Source: an uncultured Chitinophagaceae bacterium (GTDB taxonomy: Bacteria > Bacteroidota > Bacteroidia > Chitinophagales > Chitinophagaceae). Taken from it: a stretch of DNA of 64,000 bases. The notes under the pieces are model-generated. The model was not told where the DNA came from and did no database searches. It saw only the letters and a list, made by a program, of their open reading frames with translations. Shown piece after piece: positions 1 to 9,594 of the stretch. Position 1 is the first letter of the stretch. Every line of letters starts with the position of its first letter. The position numbers and the translations under genes were made by a program. The DNA is taken from positions 3,239-67,238 of the forward strand of contig CAWJTH010000202.1 in NCBI GenBank assembly GCA_963845495.1, written 5' to 3'.

Positions 1-380
1 ATACCACGGTGCGGCGGTATGTGCTTGCTTGGGTAAAGTATTGAAAAGAAGCCGGTTAGCATGCCTGGTATTTGCTCCAACACCCTTGCAGTTTCGGGGC
101 ACCGTTCACAGTTTTTATCGGCCTTTAAACCAAAACCATACAAGAAAAATGTTTTCCAATTATTATCGGTGGTAAGTGCCGATTCCGCTGGTTGAATATC
201 TTGGATGTTAGGTAAGTGTTGGCTGGTCTTCAATACTGCCGCAGCTTCGGTTCGTATTTTTTCGGCATTTTCTTCTAACAGTTTTGCCCAAGGAAATTCA
301 GCCTTGTCTAAAACCGGGTTGCCACTAACTTTAGAAAAGGGTTGAATTAAAAAGCCAATTGCCACCAATACCCTGTTCAT
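1..380 (-). CDS. aspartyl/asparaginyl beta-hydroxylase family protein (N-terminal part, runs off the window start)
   Basis: Manual reverse translation from the ATG at 380-378 gives MNRVLVAIGFLIQPFSKVSGNPVLDKAEFPWAKLLEENAEKIRTEAAAVLK...DNNWKTFFLYGFGLK...GFFSILYPSKHIPPHRG, open to position 1. The FSIL.P..HIPPH.G block resembles the Fe(II)-binding region of LpxO-like Asp/Asn beta-hydroxylases. It is absent from the ORF track because there is no stop in the window. Confidence 0.7.
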   Translation of the reverse strand, partial: MNRVLVAIGFLIQPFSKVSGNPVLDKAEFPWAKLLEENAEKIRTEAAAVLKTSQHLPNIQDIQPAESALTTDNNWKTFFLYGFGLKADKNCERCPETARVLEQIPGMLTGFFSILYPSKHIPPHRG

Positions 381-668
381 TATTTTAAATGTGATAAAGT
401 TTGTTATCGCAGCGCCTATTTTATTTGCCATAACGGTTAATTTTAAATATTGTATTTGTCCAGTCTATCGTTTAATTCAAATTTTCGGGTGCTAATTAAC
501 TATAAAAAATTTAAATTTTAAACAGTTTTGTTAAAAAATATATTTAAATACTCGTCATTATTTAATTTAATGTTTAAATATAATTAATAAAAAAGCCGAA
601 AAACAATAAACGCCAATGGTTTGGGGCTTATCGTTTTCCAGCTATATATGTATTAAATATTGCAAGAA

Positions 669-1136
669 TTATAATCCAGCTTCATATTTTTCTTCCGCCT
701 CCTTTGCTTTTTCAAAATCAAGCACAACTCCATTTATGCAATAACGCAATCCTGTTGGTTTCGGTCCATCTTCAAACACGTGGCCTAAATGCGCTTTGCA
801 ACGGCCACATTGCACTTCGGTACGGCGCATGCCATGCGTATTATCAGGTGTGTAAATAACTGATGATTTTGAAATGGGCTGATAAAAACTTGGCCAACCA
901 CAACCGCTTTCAAATTTGGTATCGCTTTGAAACAATGGATTGCCGCAAGCTGCGCAATAATAGGTGCCAATTTCATTCGACTCTTCAAAAGGGCTGGTGC
1001 CTGGGCGTTCGGTGCCTTTTTGCCGGGCCACATAATATTGTTGTGGTGTCAGTACTTTTTTCCATTCTTCTTCCGGCAACTCAACCTTTCCAGTATCCGT
1101 TTTACTATAAATAGGATTATTATTTTTATTCTCCAT
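669..1136 (-). CDS. msrB: peptide-methionine (R)-S-oxide reductase
   Basis: 155 aa. It has the two CxxC zinc pairs ([21 protein letters not shown]) and the GCGWPSF catalytic block typical of MsrB. Confidence 0.93.
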   Translation of the reverse strand: MENKNNNPIYSKTDTGKVELPEEEWKKVLTPQQYYVARQKGTERPGTSPFEESNEIGTYYCAACGNPLFQSDTKFESGCGWPSFYQPISKSSVIYTPDNTHGMRRTEVQCGRCKAHLGHVFEDGPKPTGLRYCINGVVLDFEKAKEAEEKYEAGL

Positions 1137-1273
1137 GCAATATTTTTAATTAATAATTACATTGAAAACGATAAAATGTTTAAAGAAAAATAAGTTTTAA
1201 ATAGCATTAAAATTATTTTTTATGGATTATCTTTTTAATTGAATCTCTAAAAGTTACAATTAAAATTGCCATT

Positions 1274-2119
1274 TTGAAAAAGCTTTATTATTTGTTTACT
1301 TTTATAGTTGTTGCTTGCGGAGCAAAACATGCTGAGAAAGATTTTTTTGATGCTGTTGCTGCAAATGACGTACCGCTGGAACAACCAAAACCAACAGAAT
1401 GGCTGTACGAACACCACGAACTTGGACAAACGTTTGATGCGTATAAAAATACGGAACCGCTCAATATTACCACTTATCGAGATGCTATTTTTATAAAGCC
1501 TTTGGGAAATTTTACGCCTCAACAAAACAAAATATTACAATATACCGTTGATTATCTAGCTATATTTTTTCAGACAAAAGCCATGCTATTACCAACAAGT
1601 TCCGATAGCATCATTCCCAATACAGCCAGGCGGATGCGTACTGGCGGCAACGAACAATTGTTAGCCTCTTACATTTTAAACCCTATTTTAAAAAATAGTT
1701 TTCCCAAGCACGGTGTTGTGTACATGGCCATCACCGCAAAAGATTTATACCCAAGCCCTGATTGGAACTTTGTTTTTGGATTGGCTTCTTACGAGGATAA
1801 ATTGGGCGTTTCGTCTATTAAAAGGCTGAATAGTAATGTAAAAGACTCGGGCGATTACCGCATTTGTTTACGAAGATTGATCCAGGTTGCTTCGCACGAA
1901 ATCGGGCACATGTTTTCTTTACACCATTGCATACACGCCAAATGTGTAATGAACGGTAGCAATACTTTGCCGGAAACCGACGGGCAACCCAATAGACTTT
2001 GCTCAGAGTGTCTTAAAAAATTGTCGTGGAATTTACAATTCGACAACAAAAAACGGTTGATGTCACTTCGTAATTATTTTTTACAACATCATCTTCAGTT
2101 TGATTATCAAATTAATTAA
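1274..2119 (+). CDS. archaemetzincin-like zinc metallopeptidase (M54-type) with a lipoprotein signal
   Basis: TTG start. N-terminus MKKLYYLFTFIVVAC has a lipobox-like Cys. HEIGHMFSLHHCIHAKCVMNGSNTLPETDGQPNRLCSEC closely matches the archaemetzincin HExxHxxGx3Cx4CxMx17CxxC signature, except S replaces G and one spacer is shorter by one residue. Confidence 0.8.
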   Translation: MKKLYYLFTFIVVACGAKHAEKDFFDAVAANDVPLEQPKPTEWLYEHHELGQTFDAYKNTEPLNITTYRDAIFIKPLGNFTPQQNKILQYTVDYLAIFFQTKAMLLPTSSDSIIPNTARRMRTGGNEQLLASYILNPILKNSFPKHGVVYMAITAKDLYPSPDWNFVFGLASYEDKLGVSSIKRLNSNVKDSGDYRICLRRLIQVASHEIGHMFSLHHCIHAKCVMNGSNTLPETDGQPNRLCSECLKKLSWNLQFDNKKRLMSLRNYFLQHHLQFDYQIN

Positions 2120-2274
2120 TGCTGATTATGAAGTGGTAATTAAATAAAGGTTTTTTAGCTTTGGATGCGAACCTTGATTTTTTTCCAGTATGCTTTTTAA
2201 AATTCCAGCTATAGGTAATTCCAGTAAATATTAAACGGCGTCTTATCTTCACGGCGTTTTTTAAATACGTTTTC

Positions 2275-3240
2275 ATGCAACAATCGTTGTCGAAGGGTTA
2301 TTCAGGCTGGGCGCAAGTGGGTATTTTGGTTGGGCTGGTTTTTGCTGCATTTTTTGTGGCCGGCATTGCTAGCATTATAATTTGGACTGTCATGGCACAC
2401 GGTTCTATTTTTAACATGCAAAACGATATGTTCAAGCCCGAAAACTTGAACGCCATTTTGGTAATGCAATGCGTTTCCACCTTTATTATTTTTTTTCTAC
2501 CTGCCTATTTTTTTGCAAAAATTTGTTACACCAACAGTATGGGCTTTTTAGGGTTTAACGGAAAAATTACCCCTAAACAATTAGGCATTGTTGTACTGTT
2601 GGTAGTTGCAAGCTTACCACTGATTGATGCGTTGGCAACACTAAACAAGATGATTCCACTTTCGAAAAATTTAAGGGCAAGTATGGATGCGGCCGAAAAA
2701 GCTTACAACGACCAAGTTGCTGTGATGGCGCAAATAAAAACTTGGCCGCAGTACTTGGTAAGCCTTTTTGTAATTGCTTTTTTGCCTGCTATTTTTGAAG
2801 AAACTCTTTTCCGCGGAGGTATTCAGCAAATGCTAACCCGTTGGTGGCAAAAGCCTTGGCTGTCTATTTTGTTTACTTCGTTGCTTTTTAGCGCCATCCA
2901 TTTTAGTTGGTACGGCTTCTTTGCACGGGCTGCTTTGGGCGGAGTTTTGGGCTTGGTTTTTTATTACGGGCAAAGTATTTGGTTAAATATTACGCTGCAT
3001 TTTTTAAACAACGGATTTGTGATAACCAGCATGTTTGTGATGTTTAAACAAGGAAAGCCAATTGATATGGAAGATGGTGGAACCGTACCGTTGTGGGCCG
3101 GGGTTATTGGCTTGGTGTTGGTAATTGGTTTAATAAAATGGTTAAAGCAAAGCTCGCCACCAATTGTTGATACGGAATATCCTGATTTTGATTTTGACAA
3201 TCCATTTAAAAAAGATGAAATTGGGCTTAATAAAAGTTAA
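2275..3240 (+). CDS. CPBP family intramembrane glutamic endopeptidase (CAAX protease-like)
   Basis: 321 aa and polytopic. Motifs FEETLFRGGIQ, FSAIHF and HFLNN are the CPBP/Abi family motifs. Confidence 0.85.
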   Translation: MQQSLSKGYSGWAQVGILVGLVFAAFFVAGIASIIIWTVMAHGSIFNMQNDMFKPENLNAILVMQCVSTFIIFFLPAYFFAKICYTNSMGFLGFNGKITPKQLGIVVLLVVASLPLIDALATLNKMIPLSKNLRASMDAAEKAYNDQVAVMAQIKTWPQYLVSLFVIAFLPAIFEETLFRGGIQQMLTRWWQKPWLSILFTSLLFSAIHFSWYGFFARAALGGVLGLVFYYGQSIWLNITLHFLNNGFVITSMFVMFKQGKPIDMEDGGTVPLWAGVIGLVLVIGLIKWLKQSSPPIVDTEYPDFDFDNPFKKDEIGLNKS

Positions 3241-3281
3241 AAAAACTCTTTTATTATTTAGATTTTCATTTACCGTTCAAT

Positions 3282-3494
3282 ATGATGAATAAAAATTGGT
3301 ATCTTATTTACACTACCAACATGTACACCAGTGCTGCTATTGTAAAAGGCAAATTGGAGGGAAACCACATCCCAGTAAAAATGTTGAACAAGCAAGACAG
3401 CATGTATTTGGTTTTTGGGCAGATTGAGTTATACGTGCCGATACATTTAAAAGATGTGGCAGCAAATGTTTTGAATGAAGCGTTAAAAAACTGA
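3282..3494 (+). CDS. small DUF2007-like protein (putative signal-transducing protein)
   Basis: 70-aa ORF in the gap between the CPBP gene and cdsA. The pattern (LIYTTN.Y.A.IVKGKLE...IPV...N...S) resembles DUF2007. Assignment is by eye only. Confidence 0.45.
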   Translation: MMNKNWYLIYTTNMYTSAAIVKGKLEGNHIPVKMLNKQDSMYLVFGQIELYVPIHLKDVAANVLNEALKN

Positions 3495-3638
3495 TGGTGA
3501 GTGGTGAATAGTGAGTGGTGGGTAGGTTCCTCATTATTTATCTTTATCAACCAATAATAACAACGTAATTAAACCAAAAATTGTAGTGGGATATTGAGTT
3601 AACCGATCTACTCACTATTCACCACTCACCACTCACCA
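3495..3638. repeat. intergenic word hairpin (tcacc/ggtga words) filling the spacer up to the cdsA ATG
   Basis: The G/T arm tggtgagtggtgaatagtgagtggtgggtagg (3495-3526) starts right after the upstream stop codon. The C/A arm ctactcactattcaccactcaccactcacca (3608-3638) ends 2 nt before the cdsA ATG. The arms are complementary apart from one bulge. Confidence 0.8.
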
Positions 3639-3640
3639 TT

Positions 3641-4510
3641 ATGGCTTTAAATAAAGAAGTTTTTAGAACCCGGGCGTTAAGCGCCGTGGTATTTGCAATA
3701 GTAATGTTGGCTGGTTTGCTTTGGAACCATTGGAGCTTTTTGTTGCTGTTTAGCATTATCCATTTCGGCTGTTGGTGGGAATATCTTAAAATGATTGAAT
3801 TGATACAACGGGTTAGTTTCCATCGGTTTATAAAATTCGGTTTTATGTTGATGGGCTTTTCCATCATGATATCTTTTTGCGGATTGGCTTATCAAATAAA
3901 GGGTTATGGATTGAGAGAAAACCTTTGTCTGCCGTTGTCTTTAGCAGGGTTTATTTTATTGGTGATCGGCATCTTCCAAAAAAATATTTTTAAGCTGAAA
4001 GCCTTTGGTGCAGCGGCTTTGGGCTGGCTATATATTTCTTTAAGCTGGGGAATGATGCTTGGCTTGCGGCAAGATTGGATGACGTTTCAAGGAACGCACT
4101 TACTGTTTGATTTTGGCCGATATTTTCCAATCGCCTTAATCGTATCTATTTGGATAAATGATACCATGGCTTATATCGTTGGTAGCTTTATCGGCAAAAC
4201 GCCCTTTTCAAAAATTTCACCCAAAAAAACATGGGAAGGCACCATTGGCGGTGCGCTGCTTTGCGTGCTGGTTATGAGTTTGGCTACACATTTTGGGTTT
4301 AAATTTAGTTGGGGTTTATCAATAGGCATCCCGTTAATTGCTGCCGTTATCGGCACATTGGGCGATTTATTGGAAAGTAAAATAAAACGCATGGCCAATG
4401 TAAAAGATAGCGGCAACATGATGCCAGGCCATGGTGGTTTTTTGGATAGATTCGATAGTTTGCTGTTGGCGACACCGTTTGTATGGGTTTTGGTGCAATT
4501 GGTTGCTTAA
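3641..4510 (+). CDS. cdsA: phosphatidate cytidylyltransferase
   Basis: 289 aa and polytopic. It has the C-terminal CdsA signature KTWEGTIGG ... GDLLESKIKRMANVKDSGNMMPGHGGFLDRFDS. Confidence 0.9.
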   Translation: MALNKEVFRTRALSAVVFAIVMLAGLLWNHWSFLLLFSIIHFGCWWEYLKMIELIQRVSFHRFIKFGFMLMGFSIMISFCGLAYQIKGYGLRENLCLPLSLAGFILLVIGIFQKNIFKLKAFGAAALGWLYISLSWGMMLGLRQDWMTFQGTHLLFDFGRYFPIALIVSIWINDTMAYIVGSFIGKTPFSKISPKKTWEGTIGGALLCVLVMSLATHFGFKFSWGLSIGIPLIAAVIGTLGDLLESKIKRMANVKDSGNMMPGHGGFLDRFDSLLLATPFVWVLVQLVA

Positions 4511-4540
4511 AAAAATACATAACTTTACAAAAATTTATTT

Positions 4541-4768
4541 ATGACACTTCAAAATACTTATGAAGTAAATGCTGCAGGTCAATTAATAATAGATTTACCA
4601 AAAGAATTACAAGGCAAAAAAAAATTGCGGGTTATTTTGGAAGATGTGTCAATGGACCGAAAAACTAAAATGGGATTGATGTCTAAAGCTGCCAATGATC
4701 CTTTATACATCCAGGATATGAAAGAAATAGAAAAGGATTTTTCAGATATAGGTTTAGAGAATGAATAG
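4541..4768 (+). CDS. putative antitoxin of the MazF/PemK module
   Basis: 75-aa acidic-tailed ORF whose stop overlaps the start of the downstream PemK/MazF toxin by 8 nt. This is the usual type II TA arrangement. Confidence 0.6.
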   Translation: MTLQNTYEVNAAGQLIIDLPKELQGKKKLRVILEDVSMDRKTKMGLMSKAANDPLYIQDMKEIEKDFSDIGLENE

Positions 4769-5117
4769 AATTTATAAATGGGAAATATATCATGCAAACT
4801 TAGATCCTGTTGTTGGCTCAGAACAAGGGAAGTCAAGGCCTGTATTAGTTTTTAGTGAAAGTGATATCAACAATCTTATAAATACAGTAAATGTTTTGCC
4901 CTTGACTTCCCGAAAAATTAATCGTAATATTTATCCAAATGAAGTGCTTATAAATGCTGGTTTTTTTGGTCTTAAAAATGAATCAATTGTTTTGTGTCAA
5001 CAAATAAGAACACTTGATAAAACAAGATTAGGATTTAAATATGGAGAGATTACCGACCAAATTATTCGATTAGAAATAACTAAAGCTTTTTGTTTTCAGA
5101 TGGGAATAGATTTTTAG
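4761..5117 (+). CDS. mazF: type II toxin, MazF/PemK family mRNA interferase
   Basis: 118 aa. The N-terminal block IYHANLDPVVGSEQGKSRPVLVFS...VNVLPLTS is the PemK/MazF signature. Confidence 0.85.
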   Translation: MNRIYKWEIYHANLDPVVGSEQGKSRPVLVFSESDINNLINTVNVLPLTSRKINRNIYPNEVLINAGFFGLKNESIVLCQQIRTLDKTRLGFKYGEITDQIIRLEITKAFCFQMGIDF

Positions 5118-5160
5118 TTAGCTTACCACTTATTTTTGCCGTCCATTTATTGTGTTATTT

Positions 5161-5820
5161 ATGACGCTTCACAAAGAAGGCTACGCATCCATTGCTATTG
5201 CCACATTGGTTTTTGGGCTGATAAACGCCGCATCGTTTTGGTTTTTAAGCCCAAACCTGCCTTGGTTGGCCGGATTGATTTTTTTGGCCAGCTTTGTTTG
5301 CTGGTGCATTGTGGTTTGGTTTTTTCGCGTACCAAACCGTATGCATACGCTTCATAATGAAAAAATAGTGGCACCTGCCGACGGCAAGGTGGTGGTAATG
5401 GAAGAAATTACCGATGTGGAATATTTTAAAGACCGCCGATTGCAGATCAGTATTTTTATGAGCCCGCTAAATGTGCATTTGCAACGCAACGCGGTTGATG
5501 GGCAAGTGGTTTACAGTCAATACCATAAAGGCAAATATCTAGTTGCGTGGAACCCTAAATCCTCTACCGAAAATGAGCGCCATAGCGTTGTTTACCGTTT
5601 GCCAAATGGAAAAGAAATTTTAGTAAAGCAAATTGCAGGCGCTTTGGCTAAAAGAATCGTGAATTTCTTAAAAGTTGGCACCGCCGTAAAACAAGGCGAT
5701 GAGATGGGCTTTATAAAATTTGGTAGCCGGGTGGATTTATTGCTGCCGATTGGAACCAAAATAAACGTAAAATTGAACGAGATTGTTACCGGTGGCGTTA
5801 CGGTAATTGCCGAATGGTAA
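5161..5820 (+). CDS. psd: phosphatidylserine decarboxylase proenzyme
   Basis: The ATG at 5161 lies inside track ORF 5152-5820. It has two N-terminal TM helices and the C-terminal self-cleavage region GFIKFGSRVDLLLP typical of short-type Psd. Confidence 0.9.
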   Translation: MTLHKEGYASIAIATLVFGLINAASFWFLSPNLPWLAGLIFLASFVCWCIVVWFFRVPNRMHTLHNEKIVAPADGKVVVMEEITDVEYFKDRRLQISIFMSPLNVHLQRNAVDGQVVYSQYHKGKYLVAWNPKSSTENERHSVVYRLPNGKEILVKQIAGALAKRIVNFLKVGTAVKQGDEMGFIKFGSRVDLLLPIGTKINVKLNEIVTGGVTVIAEW

Positions 5821-5849
5821 TTGCCACAGATTTATAGATTAGAAAGAAT

Positions 5850-6090
5850 ATTGCCACAGATTCACAGATAAAGCACAGAAGTAAAAAAAAGGATTATTCG
5901 TTTGATGTCACGGATTTACAGAAAGCACAGAGATAAATTAACAGTGCAAAATCTGTGAATCTGTAGCAATAGTTATCAGCGGGGATTCTGTTTTGGTACC
6001 ACAGATTCACAGATAAAGCACAGAAATATCAAGATTCACAGAAAGCACAGAGATAAATTAACAGTGAAAAATCTGTGAATCTGTGGCAAT
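5850..6090. repeat. two tandem hairpin elements (cacagat words) between convergent psd and yihY
   Basis: Copy A spans about 5850-5970 and copy B about 5997-6090. Each begins ccacagattcacagataaagcacagaa and ends aaatctgtgaatctgt(a/g)gcaat, so the termini are inverted repeats. The internal cacagaaagcacagagataaattaacagtg block is shared. Confidence 0.8.
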
Positions 6091-6098
6091 ATAAAAGT

Positions 6099-7121
6099 TT
6101 AACTCCCCACTTTGCGGTTGGTGGGGAGTTCTTTTTTGGCCAATTTTTCCTTTTCTGCTGCATCAACCACTATCTTTTTTTCTTTTGTTTCTTGGTCGGT
6201 CAATGCGCCTTCGTTTAGTACTTCTACCTGATCGAACCAAACAGAGTATTGATTAGGGTAAATTAATTTACCTGTAAGTTTTGCATAAGCCCGTGTAAAT
6301 TCAGCACCAAAATAAAGGATGATGGCAGAATAATAAACCCACGTTAGAATGATAATGATAGAGCCTGCCGCACCATAAGTATTGGCAATTTTGGCGTGGC
6401 CTAAATAAAAACTGATGCCAAATTTGCCAAGCATAAAAAGCACCGCAGTGGTTATCGAGCCAACAGCAACATCTTTCCAACTAATTTTTGCATCGGGCAG
6501 CATCCTGAAAATCAATGAAAAAAGTAACGTAGTGATGCCCAGCGTCAACAATATGTTCACCACATAAATTACGTAAAATGCAATGCCAGGCAAGTGATTA
6601 GTGAGGTAGTTACTAAATGCATCGATTACGGTGTTTATCACCAAAGAAACCAACAACAAAAAGCCCATGCTTAAAATCATCGAAAAACTCAATAATCTAT
6701 TCAATAAAAATTTTCCAAAACCAGTGGAAGGCTTTGCTTTTAAACGCCAAATGGTATTGATGGAATCTTGAATTTCGGTAAAAACCCCGGTGGCTGCAAA
6801 AATTAACGAAGCCACACCTATAATAGAAGCCCAGCCAAAGGATGGCGAAATTGTTGCACTTTTTATAATGTCCTGTATTTGTAACGCCGCATCGCTTCCT
6901 ACGAAACCTTTTATTTGGCCATAAACGGAACCCTGTACGGCATCTTTACCAAAAAAAATATCTGATACATAAATAACAATCATTAAAATAGGAGCCAAGG
7001 AGAAAACAGTGTAATATGCCAATGCTGCACTCATTTTAAACACTTTGTCGTTGGAAGAATCAACCGCTGCAGTTTTAAAAATTTTTAAATATGATTTGAT
7101 TCCTATCTTCATAATTATCAT
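6099..7121 (-). CDS. YihY/BrkB (ribonuclease BN-like) family membrane protein
   Basis: 340 aa and polytopic. The N-terminal AALAYYTVFSLAPILMIV block is typical of the YihY family. Confidence 0.85.
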   Translation of the reverse strand: MIIMKIGIKSYLKIFKTAAVDSSNDKVFKMSAALAYYTVFSLAPILMIVIYVSDIFFGKDAVQGSVYGQIKGFVGSDAALQIQDIIKSATISPSFGWASIIGVASLIFAATGVFTEIQDSINTIWRLKAKPSTGFGKFLLNRLLSFSMILSMGFLLLVSLVINTVIDAFSNYLTNHLPGIAFYVIYVVNILLTLGITTLLFSLIFRMLPDAKISWKDVAVGSITTAVLFMLGKFGISFYLGHAKIANTYGAAGSIIIILTWVYYSAIILYFGAEFTRAYAKLTGKLIYPNQYSVWFDQVEVLNEGALTDQETKEKKIVVDAAEKEKLAKKELPTNRKVGS

Positions 7122-7444
7122 TTTAGTTTATCATTATCCAAATGCCGGGTAGCATCTCGGATGTTCTTTTTTTCAAAGTTTTTTTGCAATGCCTCCGTTA
7201 AATTGGTTCCTGTTTGGTTGGCTATTGCAAAAACCACCCATAAAATATCTGCCAATTCATCGGGCAAATTTTTTCCAAGGTCGTTTTTTTTGAAAGATTG
7301 GTCGCCGTAGGTGCGTGCCATAATGCGAGCCAATTCGCCCACTTCCTCGGTAAGGATGGCCATATTAGTCAATTCACTAAAATATCGTACCCCAACGGTG
7401 GTTATCCACTCATCAACGTTTACTTGTGCTTGTTCGATTGTCAT
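7118..7444 (-). CDS. MazG-like nucleotide pyrophosphohydrolase
   Basis: The ATG at 7444 (MTIEQAQVNVDEWI) lies inside the track ORF. The EEVGELARI ... ELADILWVVFAIANQTG motif pair is MazG-type. The stop overlaps the yihY start by 4 nt. Confidence 0.8.
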   Translation of the reverse strand: MTIEQAQVNVDEWITTVGVRYFSELTNMAILTEEVGELARIMARTYGDQSFKKNDLGKNLPDELADILWVVFAIANQTGTNLTEALQKNFEKKNIRDATRHLDNDKLK

Positions 7445-7475
7445 AACAAAAGTTTCAAAAAAACAGTAAAAATAA

Positions 7476-7540
7476 AAATTCCAAATTCCAACCACTCAAA
7501 GCTAATTTTTGCATTTGAATGTTGTTGGAATTTGGAATTT
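7476..7540. repeat. perfect 17-bp stem hairpin (ccaaattcc words)
   Basis: aaattccaaattccaac (7476-7492) and gttggaatttggaattt (7524-7540) are exact reverse complements. They lie between the PfkB stop and the MazG-like start. Confidence 0.85.
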
Positions 7541-7556
7541 CTTTTTGGTATTTGGC

Positions 7557-8480
7557 TTAAGCCAATTCAATATCAAATTGAACTAAATTTACAAACTGCC
7601 GGATGCGGGCATCAATGTCAGCCTTGGTAATTTCTTGCAAACGCTGCGGCCCAAATTTTTCAACACAAAAACTGGCCATGGCACTGCCTACAATAATTGC
7701 CCTTTTCATGTTTTCAAAACTTATATCGCCCGATTTTGCCAAATAACCAATAAAACCACCGGCAAATGTATCGCCAGCACCAGTTGGGTCAAATACTTCT
7801 TCCAATGGCAAGGCCGGAGCAAAAAATACTTGCTGTTCATGAAAAAGTAGTGCGCCGTGTTCACCTTTTTTGATGATCAAAAATTTGGGACCCATCGCTA
7901 TAATTTTTTGCGCTGCCTTCACCAAAGAAAACTCTCCGCTTAACTGACGGGCTTCACTATCGTTTACCATCAACACATCTACCTTACTTAAAACAATTTT
8001 CAAATCATCCAAAGCAATATCCATCCAAAGGTTCATCGTGTCTAACACAATCAATTTTGGGCGGGTTTTCATTTGTTCAATTACAGAAATTTGTACGCTC
8101 GGGGTTAAATTACCCAGCATCAAAAAGTCGGCGCCTTGGTAACTATCCGGAACGACGGGCTTAAAATCGGCCAACACGTTTAGGTCGGTAACCAATGTAT
8201 CACGGGTGTTCATGTCCAAGTGATATTTGCCGCTCCAAAAAAATGAAGGCCTATCTTTCACCATTTCCACGCCATCCATTTCTGCACCGCGGCTTTTAAG
8301 GTCTTCTAATATGGAATCCTCAAAATCGTTACCCACTACACCAACCATTTGTACGGGCTTTACAAAGTTGGATGCAGCATAAGCTATATAAATATTTGCC
8401 CCACCAACAATTTTATCGATTTTCCCAAATGGGGTTTCAATGGCATCAAAGGCCATAGAGCCAACGGTAACTACTGACAT
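7557..8480 (-). CDS. PfkB family carbohydrate/nucleoside kinase
   Basis: Likely start MSVVTVGS at 8480. The C-terminal DPTGAGDTFAGGFIGYLA block is the ribokinase/PfkB ATP-binding signature. Confidence 0.85.
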   Translation of the reverse strand: MSVVTVGSMAFDAIETPFGKIDKIVGGANIYIAYAASNFVKPVQMVGVVGNDFEDSILEDLKSRGAEMDGVEMVKDRPSFFWSGKYHLDMNTRDTLVTDLNVLADFKPVVPDSYQGADFLMLGNLTPSVQISVIEQMKTRPKLIVLDTMNLWMDIALDDLKIVLSKVDVLMVNDSEARQLSGEFSLVKAAQKIIAMGPKFLIIKKGEHGALLFHEQQVFFAPALPLEEVFDPTGAGDTFAGGFIGYLAKSGDISFENMKRAIIVGSAMASFCVEKFGPQRLQEITKADIDARIRQFVNLVQFDIELA

Positions 8481-8576
8481 AAGTTTAAGGAAGTTAATTT
8501 TCGGTCGCAAACTTAATGAATTTAAGGCAAATTGCCCCTGTAATGCAATGTTTACGAAACATTTGGCAGGTAAACT

Positions 8577-9566
8577 TTACGGAAATTTCCTGAAATAACT
8601 GTAACGCAAAATGCTTTCCAAAAATAGCAACAGCAAAGCGGCTATTAACCAAGGTTGAAAATGTTCGGTACGTTTATGGAAAGTGCTACTTTCAATTTTT
8701 GATTTTTCCAAACGGTCGATAGAAGCATAAATTTCACCAAGCTTCTGGCGGTCAGTGGCTCTATAATATTGGCCGTTTGTTTCTTTGGCAATTTGCTTTA
8801 GCAGATCTTCATCAATCGTCACTTTTTCTTGTTGCGTAACTTTGCCAAGCGGTGTTTCCATATCAATAGGTGCATAACCCTGCGTACCAACGCCAATTGT
8901 GTACACCCGAATGCCAAACGTTTTGGCAAGTTCTTTGGCGGTTTGTGGATCGATCAATCCACCATTGTCCACGCCATCGGTTAATAAAATGATGACTTTA
9001 CTTTTGGCGGTGCTATTTTTAAGCCTGTCAACGCCGGTGGCCAAGCCGCTACCAAGCGAAGTTCCATCCTTCAAAACGCCGCTTCTTGCGCCAGCCAATT
9101 GGTTTTGTAACATGGCTTTATCGGTTGTTAGCGGACTAAGCGTAAAACTTTCACCGCTAAAAATGACCAGCCCGATACGGTCGCCCTTGCGTTGCGCAAT
9201 AAAGTTGCTTGCCATTTCGCGGGATGCATCTAAACGGGTGGGCGTTAAATCTTTAGCGGCCATGCTTCCGCTTACATCTAAACAAAGCACAATGTCAATG
9301 CCTTGGCCGTCGGTTATCTCAATGTCGTTTTTCTCCTGCGGGCGGGCAAGCGCAACAATGCAACAGCCAAAGGCCAATAAACGTAATATTAAAGGAATAT
9401 TCCGTAACCGTACTTTCCATGTTTTTTCAATCGGCAACATCTGCACGTCAGAAAAAAGCAAGGTGGAAGTACTATTGGTTTCTTTGCTTTTTACATACCA
9501 ATAAATAAACGGCAACACCACTAGTGCTGCAAGTAAAAAGGGATATGCGAACGTAAAAGGAAACAT
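8577..9566 (-). CDS. batA: VWA domain protein, BatA-like (aerotolerance operon)
   Basis: ATG at 9566 (MFPFTFAYPFLL). It has an N-terminal TM, a VWA MIDAS block DIVLCLDVSGSM, a C-terminal TM, and sits in operon context with MoxR and DUF58. Confidence 0.85.
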   Translation of the reverse strand: MFPFTFAYPFLLAALVVLPFIYWYVKSKETNSTSTLLFSDVQMLPIEKTWKVRLRNIPLILRLLAFGCCIVALARPQEKNDIEITDGQGIDIVLCLDVSGSMAAKDLTPTRLDASREMASNFIAQRKGDRIGLVIFSGESFTLSPLTTDKAMLQNQLAGARSGVLKDGTSLGSGLATGVDRLKNSTAKSKVIILLTDGVDNGGLIDPQTAKELAKTFGIRVYTIGVGTQGYAPIDMETPLGKVTQQEKVTIDEDLLKQIAKETNGQYYRATDRQKLGEIYASIDRLEKSKIESSTFHKRTEHFQPWLIAALLLLFLESILRYSYFRKFP

Positions 9567-9594
9567 TTTTAGTGTCAATAGTCAATGGTCAATA

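Noticed and set aside
8899-9504. Long antisense ORFs inside real genes (also 25158-25631, 40825-41367, 54575-54969, 37033-37437, 45604-45957, 29463-29786 and similar)
   Set aside because: These are shadow ORFs opposite or out of frame to strongly supported CDSs. They have low-complexity or hydrophobic nonsense composition and no independent signals.
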